Positions 58,355 through 64,000 of a DNA stretch of 64,000 nt are shown piece by piece. The notes beneath the pieces are model-generated. The model ran no database searches and had not been told where the DNA came from. It saw only the letters and a list, made by a program, of their open reading frames with translations. Source of the DNA: an uncultured Bacteroidales bacterium. GTDB taxonomy: Bacteria > Bacteroidota > Bacteroidia > Bacteroidales > VadinHA17. Position 1 is the stretch's first letter; each line of letters opens with the position of its first letter. The stretch lies in contig CAVTPX010000004.1 of assembly GCA_963736735.1 (NCBI GenBank), positions 51,941 to 115,940 of the forward strand. Direction: 5' to 3'. Made by a program: the position numbers and the translations under genes.

Positions 58355-59530
58355 ATGATAAAATTCGAAGAGGCATACAAAATTGTGATGGGGGCTTCGT
58401 TCTCAACAGGAACCGAAAGTGTACCGTTCACTGAATCACCCGGACGTGTGCTGGCAACAGCTGTAAAAAGCGATATGAACATGCCGCCGTGGAACAGGAG
58501 TTCAGTCGACGGTTTTGCCTGCCGTCACTCAGATCTTGGGAATTGGCTTAAAGTCCTGGAGACCGTTGCAGCAGGCAAAATGCCATCTCAGACTATAACG
58601 CCCGATACATGTACGCGTATAATGACAGGCGCAGCGGTACCTGAAGGAGCTGATTATATCTTCATGCTTGAAGATTCTGAGACCGGCACAGACGGCACAG
58701 TGAAGTTTACCGGGAAGGAAGGAAAGCAGAATATCTCGAAGGCCGCCGAGGATGTAAGAAAGGGAGAAACCATCCTTACTTCAGGCAGGTTTATCAGGCC
58801 CCAGGACGTTGCAGTAATGGCCATGGCAGGAGCAACAACTGTGACCGTGGGCTGCAAAGTCAAAATAGGAGTGATTAGTACCGGCAATGAACTCGTCGAG
58901 CCCGATCAGGTACCCGCGGAGGCGCAGATACGCAACAGCAATGCATGGCAGCTGATGGCACAGATTGCCAGGGCCGGCGCTGAGGGCAGATATTACGGTA
59001 TTGCAACCGATGATATCGCGTCAACGGAGAACCTGTTGAAGAAAGCTGTAGGCGAAAATGATGTGGTTCTGATCTCAGGTGGTGTCTCAGCAGGCGACTT
59101 TGACTTTGTTCCAGAGGTGATCACATCGATGGGACTGACTATCCATTTCAATGAGGTTGCAGTACAGCCCGGCAAACCTCTGACTTTCTGCACAGGCGAC
59201 AGGAAGATAGTCTTCGGTCTTCCGGGAAACCCCGTTTCGACATTCGTCCAGTTTGAGATCACTGTAAGGCCGCTGATAGCCAAAATGATGGGGGTGACAG
59301 TCGAAGAACCCCCGGTATTGCTGCTTCTCGGTGCAGACTGGTCCAGGAAGCGAGCCGGCAGAATGGCGTGGATACCTGTGATACTGAATAAGGAGGGTGA
59401 GGCAGTACCAATCGAATACCATGGTTCGGCACATATTACTGCAATGCCGCAGGCCTGGGGAATTGTTGCAATACCGCAGGGACAAAGCTGGATACAAAAA
59501 GGAGAAACTGTAAGTGTTAGACAGGTTTAA
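58355..59530 (+). CDS. moeA: Molybdopterin molybdenum/tungsten transferase
   Basis: PPWNRSSVDGFA, RIMTGA, STGNEL, SGGVSAGDFD, QPGKP, GLPGNPVS. Confidence 0.94.
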   Translation: MIKFEEAYKIVMGASFSTGTESVPFTESPGRVLATAVKSDMNMPPWNRSSVDGFACRHSDLGNWLKVLETVAAGKMPSQTITPDTCTRIMTGAAVPEGADYIFMLEDSETGTDGTVKFTGKEGKQNISKAAEDVRKGETILTSGRFIRPQDVAVMAMAGATTVTVGCKVKIGVISTGNELVEPDQVPAEAQIRNSNAWQLMAQIARAGAEGRYYGIATDDIASTENLLKKAVGENDVVLISGGVSAGDFDFVPEVITSMGLTIHFNEVAVQPGKPLTFCTGDRKIVFGLPGNPVSTFVQFEITVRPLIAKMMGVTVEEPPVLLLLGADWSRKRAGRMAWIPVILNKEGEAVPIEYHGSAHITAMPQAWGIVAIPQGQSWIQKGETVSVRQV

Positions 59531-60314
59531 CAGAAATATAAATTATCTGCGCATCTCAGTCACCGACAGGTGCAACCTGAGATGCCGCTACTGCATGCCA
59601 GAGGAGGGCGTCACACTGCTGCGGCATGAAGAGATACTGACTTTTGATGAGATTGCCGCTTTCACCCGCGAGGCGGTGATTATGGGAATCACGAAGGTCA
59701 GGATCACCGGCGGTGAACCGCTTGTCAGGAAGAATATGACTACACTGGTTGCAATGATTGCAGCGATTGAAGGCATCACTGACCTCTCAATGACTACCAA
59801 CGGTACAAGGCTGGCAGAGTTTGCCGGAGGCCTTGCAAAGGCAGGGCTGATGAGGGTAAATGTGAGTCTCGATACTGTTGACCCTGAAAAATACAGGTAT
59901 GTGACACGAGGCGGAGATGTGAACGAGGTGTTGCAGGGTATACGGGCGGCACAGGAAGCCGGGCTGACGCCTGTAAAGATAAACTGTGTCATCAAGAGCA
60001 CACCGGATGAGGACGATGCACGGGCAGTTGCAGAATACAGCATGAAGAACGGCCTCGAGGTGCGTTTCATCAGGCAGATGGACCTTGCCAGCGGAAGCTT
60101 TTCCGTGGTACACGGCGGCAGCGGCGGCAACTGTGCGAAGTGCAACAGGCTGAGGCTGACTCCCGAAGGTATTGTGAAACCGTGCCTCTTCAGCGATATC
60201 GGTTTCAGCGTAAGGGAACTGGGAGCACGCGAGTCCATCATGAGGGCGCTGGGAAACAAACCGCAGGCCGGTACATCAAACAGCAGCAACGGATTTTACA
60301 ATATAGGAGGTTAA
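59514..60314 (+). CDS. moaA: GTP 3',8-cyclase (compact radical SAM MoaA)
   Basis: YLRISVTDRCNLRCRYC, TGGEP, CAKCNRLR...PCL, C-terminal IGG. Confidence 0.92.
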   Translation: MLDRFNRNINYLRISVTDRCNLRCRYCMPEEGVTLLRHEEILTFDEIAAFTREAVIMGITKVRITGGEPLVRKNMTTLVAMIAAIEGITDLSMTTNGTRLAEFAGGLAKAGLMRVNVSLDTVDPEKYRYVTRGGDVNEVLQGIRAAQEAGLTPVKINCVIKSTPDEDDARAVAEYSMKNGLEVRFIRQMDLASGSFSVVHGGSGGNCAKCNRLRLTPEGIVKPCLFSDIGFSVRELGARESIMRALGNKPQAGTSNSSNGFYNIGG

Positions 60315-60317
60315 CAT

Positions 60318-60774
60318 ATGGCAAAACTGACACACACTGACGAAAGCGGCAGGGCTCACATGGTGGATACGGGAAACAAGCCTGTCCAGCAACGGATTGC
60401 CACAGCTTCGGGCATGATCAGCCTGAAGCCCGAGACCCTGCGCCTGATAAGGGAAAACCTTATGAAGAAGGGCGATGTACTCACAGTTGCAGAGATTGCC
60501 GGCATACAGGCAGCTAAAAAATGCAGCGAGCTTATACCCCTGTGTCATAACATCGTGCTCGACCAGGTAAGGGTGACGCTGACAACCGATGAGACTGGGA
60601 GCCACCGCTGTAAGTACCGTGCACTCGACCGGCCGCACCGGCGTGGAAATGGAGGCGCTGACGGCTGTCAGCGTGGCGCTTCTTACTGTGTACGACATGT
60701 GCAAAGCTGTTGACAAGACCATGATTATAAGTGATATAACTCTCATTAATAAGGAAAAGCATGACATTGCCTGA
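60318..60774 (+). CDS. moaC: Cyclic pyranopterin monophosphate synthase; +1 frameshift near 60598
   Basis: KKGDVL, LIPLCH, then TGVEMEAL and YDMCKAVDK in the shifted frame. Confidence 0.92.
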
Positions 60775-61265
60775 AAAATTCAAAGTGCTTGTAATTACTC
60801 TGAGCGATCGTGCTTCGAGAGGAGAGTATGAAGATCTCAGCGGTCCTGCTGTGGTAAAGTATGTCAGATACGTAATGGCTTCGGCGGGATGGGAGAATGA
60901 GATAAAGACAGTTATAATCCCCGATGATCCTGACGGGCTTCAGCGACTTCTTGTCGGTGGTGACACCGTATGATCTGATTATTACAACCGGAGGCACCGG
61001 AGTAGGTCCGCGCGACATTACGGTAGATGTTGTAAAACCCCTCCTCACAAAAGAGCTCCCGGGGATCATGGAGCAGATCAGGGTCAAATACGGGATGAAG
61101 AAGCCGGGGGCCCTCCTCAGCAGGGCTGTAGCCGGCGTGATGGGCAAAACCCTGATTTATACCCTGCCGGGATCAGAAAAGGCGGTACACGAGTATATGA
61201 CAGAGATAGTCAAGACTATGGAACATACTTTTTTCATGCTCCATGGCGTTGACAAACACAAATAA
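60761..61265 (+). CDS. MogA/MoaB family molybdopterin adenylyltransferase; +1 frameshift near 60950
   Basis: [42 protein letters not shown]. Confidence 0.88.
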
Positions 61266-61273
61266 GTTGATTA

Positions 61274-62551
61274 TTACTGCTTTTTGCCTCTTGTATTGAC
61301 AACGGCGGCGCCTGTCAGGCGGTCATAACGCTGTGCCGGGTCACGAAAATAAGTCAGGATCAGGTAGTCATTCTCAGTCTCGTAATGGCTGCCTTCAAAA
61401 TGAAGACCTGAAGGCTGAGTGCTTCCCCCGGCCACGAAAACATATTCATAGTTATACCATCCCTGTTTAAGGAGCATAACAGCCTCATAACTCCCTTTCG
61501 AAAGGCTGTATGTCATCCGGTTATGAGGTCCGTAGGTCCAGTCTGTGAATGCCCCGGCAACATAAAGCGATCCGCCACGAATTTCTGCAGAAACAGGCAG
61601 GGTGAAATATACATAAACGTAGTCTGCATCCCTGTCGGGCGTATTGCTCTCTTCAAGTGCTATCCAGTATTTTCCGTTAAAGTCATCAGAGGAAAAATAC
61701 TGCCTGAATTCGCGGTCCTCGGAGGGAAGTAAAAAGACGTGATAATTGCCTGTGAAGAACTCGATTGCCCTCACATTCTGTCTCTTCTGCCTTATCGTTT
61801 TAATGTCGAAGAATCGGAATTCATTGCCTCCCGGAAAAAGTGTTTTGTCTGAAAGGGAGTTATATTCGAGTCTGCCGTTGCCAACAAAGTCGGGTTTCAG
61901 GTTCATCTTCGCCATGTCAGGACGGCCGTTCTGCAATACTGAAAGAGTTATGTCGCGGTATGGGTCATTTATTCGCAATGATCCGGTGGATATAGTTATT
62001 TCAGGCTGCTGGTGGCTTTCAGTGGTCCCCGGAGTCATCGGCCTGCGGAAGGTTACGCCGGCAGTGGTCACACCTTCATGAACATAAAATCTCCTTGTAA
62101 GCAAGAGTTTATCCGGTTCGCCTTCGGGATAAATATTAATTATGTAGTTGCCTGATATCTTGAACTGAATATCCTCATTGGGCAGGGTGAGGTAATAATG
62201 GGTATAGCTGACTGTGGTATTGAACGAGGCCTCATAGGAAGTAATCCGGTTTTCCTCGAAACCTTCAAGGTAGTCACTGCTGAAAAGGTCAGAGCTGTTC
62301 CATTCGCGGTTGCAATGAATTATCCTGTAAGAAAGTGCACCGTAATCACCTGCTATTATGTCGAAATGAAGAGTCAGCTGTTCGTCGCTGGCCAGCATCA
62401 AAACAGGGTATGCAATCCGCAATTCTTCCTTTTCGAACCACACGCTTTTCACATTTTCAGCCGATATGTCGCGCATTTGTAAGTCCTGTCCTGCCAGGTA
62501 AAAAAGCGGGAACAAAAGAAATGATACTGATAAACTTAATGTTTTGATCAT
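61274..62551 (-). CDS. DUF5103 protein (type IX secretion system plug-like)
   Basis: IIHCNREW, SFNTTVSYTHY, ISGNY, GGNEFRFFD, DFNG, LLKQGWYNY, EGSHYETENDY. Confidence 0.82.
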   Translation of the reverse strand: MIKTLSLSVSFLLFPLFYLAGQDLQMRDISAENVKSVWFEKEELRIAYPVLMLASDEQLTLHFDIIAGDYGALSYRIIHCNREWNSSDLFSSDYLEGFEENRITSYEASFNTTVSYTHYYLTLPNEDIQFKISGNYIINIYPEGEPDKLLLTRRFYVHEGVTTAGVTFRRPMTPGTTESHQQPEITISTGSLRINDPYRDITLSVLQNGRPDMAKMNLKPDFVGNGRLEYNSLSDKTLFPGGNEFRFFDIKTIRQKRQNVRAIEFFTGNYHVFLLPSEDREFRQYFSSDDFNGKYWIALEESNTPDRDADYVYVYFTLPVSAEIRGGSLYVAGAFTDWTYGPHNRMTYSLSKGSYEAVMLLKQGWYNYEYVFVAGGSTQPSGLHFEGSHYETENDYLILTYFRDPAQRYDRLTGAAVVNTRGKKQ

Positions 62552-62725
62552 TGTTATTCTGCAGCGCCTAAATTATTTTCAGCTTAAAAATACAAATATC
62601 CTGCCGTTCTTCCGGGAATGCAGTCAAAAAAACTAAATTTCGTGATTTATGTCATTTAGGGATGTGAAAAGAATAACAATGTATTAATATTGCAGGATCA
62701 AATTCCGTTTTAAGCAGAATCATAT

Positions 62726-64000
62726 ATGTCATCACCAATCAGATTACGTAAAGGCTTGGATATCAAGCTAAAAGGCAAAGCCGAGAAGATACTTCTTCCG
62801 GAGGTTGCAGTGACCCGTTTCGGGGTCAGGTTTGCCGATTTTGAAGGTCTGACAGCGAAACCTGTGGTAAAGGAGGGGGATACTGTCAAAGCCGGTACCA
62901 CCCTGTTTTATGACAAGAGCTTCCCTGAGATAAAGTATGCCTCACCTGTCAGCGGTGTTGTGAAGGAAGTAGTCAGGGGAGAAAAAAGGCTCTTACTTGA
63001 GGTAGTAATAGACCAGGAGGGGAATGAAAAGGAGATTTTCGGTCCGGCAGCTGATCCTTTAAGCCTGACCCGTGAGCAGGTAAAGGAGAGGATGCTTGAA
63101 TCAGGTCTGTGGCCCGTCATGAGACAGAGGCCATATCATATTGTTGCAAGGCCTGCGGGTGCGCCCAAGGCAATCTTTATATCAGCCTTCGATACTGCTC
63201 CGCTGGCACCGGACATCGACTTTATAATGGCCAACACTCACGGCAATTACCTGCAAACGGGTATCAATGCACTTACCCGTCTGACTGACGGCAGGGTGCA
63301 TCTTTCATTTGATTCCAGCAGGATCAAGGGTTGCAGAGGTTAAAAACCTTAATAATGTTGAGGTGCATAATTTCACAGGTCCGCATCCGGCAGGCAATGT
63401 GGGAGTTCAGATACATCATATAGACCCTGTTTCAAAGGGAGACGTTGTCTGGTATATTGATATTCAGGATGTTGTGGCACTGGGTCGGCTCTTTGCAACA
63501 GGTGTTTATGACCGGGAGCGCATCATTGCCCTTGCCGGCGAGGGAGTACTTCATCCGAAATATCACAGGATAAAACCCGGAGCCTCTGTGAGCAGCATCC
63601 TTAAGGCCAACCTCGCTGAAGGCAAATTTCGTGTAATCAGCGGCAACATTCTTACCGGAAAAACAATCGGGCCGGAAGGTTCACTAGGGTTCTATGACAA
63701 CACTGTAAGTGTCATTCCTGAAGGAGATTACAGTGAGTTTTTCGGATGGGCGCTGCCGGGGTTTGACAAGTTCAGTTACTGGAAGACATTTATGTCGAAG
63801 CTGCTGCCGCGGAAGGAATACACACTTGATACGAACGTTCATGGCGGACAGAGGGCATTCGTGATGACAGGTCATTATGAGAATGTGCTGCCTATGGATA
63901 TTTACCCGATACAGCTTGTGAAAGCAATTCTTGCCGAAGATGTCGAGCTTATGGAGAACCTGGGTATTTACGAGGTGGCTGAGGAGGACTTCGCACTGTG
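62726..64000 (+). CDS. nqrA: Na(+)-translocating NADH:quinone reductase subunit A; +1 frameshift near 63328; 3' end outside the window
   Basis: IRLRKGLDIKLKG, SPVSG, RGEKR, RQRPY; after the shift FTGPHPAGNVG...HGGQRAFV...LGIYEVAEEDFAL. Confidence 0.92.

Noticed and set aside
60318-61265. Programmed frameshifting or true pseudogenes in moaC, mogA/moaB and the other split genes
   Set aside because: There is no shared slippery motif, and the breaks are uniform +1 events across unrelated genes, so sequencing error is more likely.

Overview
This is a gene-dense chromosomal window from a Bacteroidota, probably an anaerobic Bacteroidales. That assignment is inferred from TAnnTTTG -7 promoters, an S46 dipeptidyl peptidase, a T9SS plug-like DUF5103 protein, nqrA and signal peptides followed by Gln. 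I found no rRNA, tRNA, transposase, integrase or cas genes. Thirteen genes are broken, almost always by single-base insertions, which looks like long-read consensus error rather than true pseudogenisation. Main content: (1) a 15.6-kb operon for a hybrid RND+ABC envelope machine, including a 1584-aa RND permease fused to an ABC ATPase whose nucleotide-binding domain appears interrupted by a transmembrane insert, with a divergent inactive/active pair of M14 carboxypeptidases; (2) a modular family of intergenic hairpin repeats with compensatory base changes, which forms a 5x50-bp tandem array and ~240-bp inverted arms around a DEAD-box helicase cassette; (3) a sigma54 phosphorelay locus with candidate -24/-12 promoters and a shared enhancer palindrome; (4) a WtpABC tungstate transporter plus Moco/Wco biosynthesis operon; (5) pxpABC 5-oxoprolinase, several peptidases and housekeeping genes.
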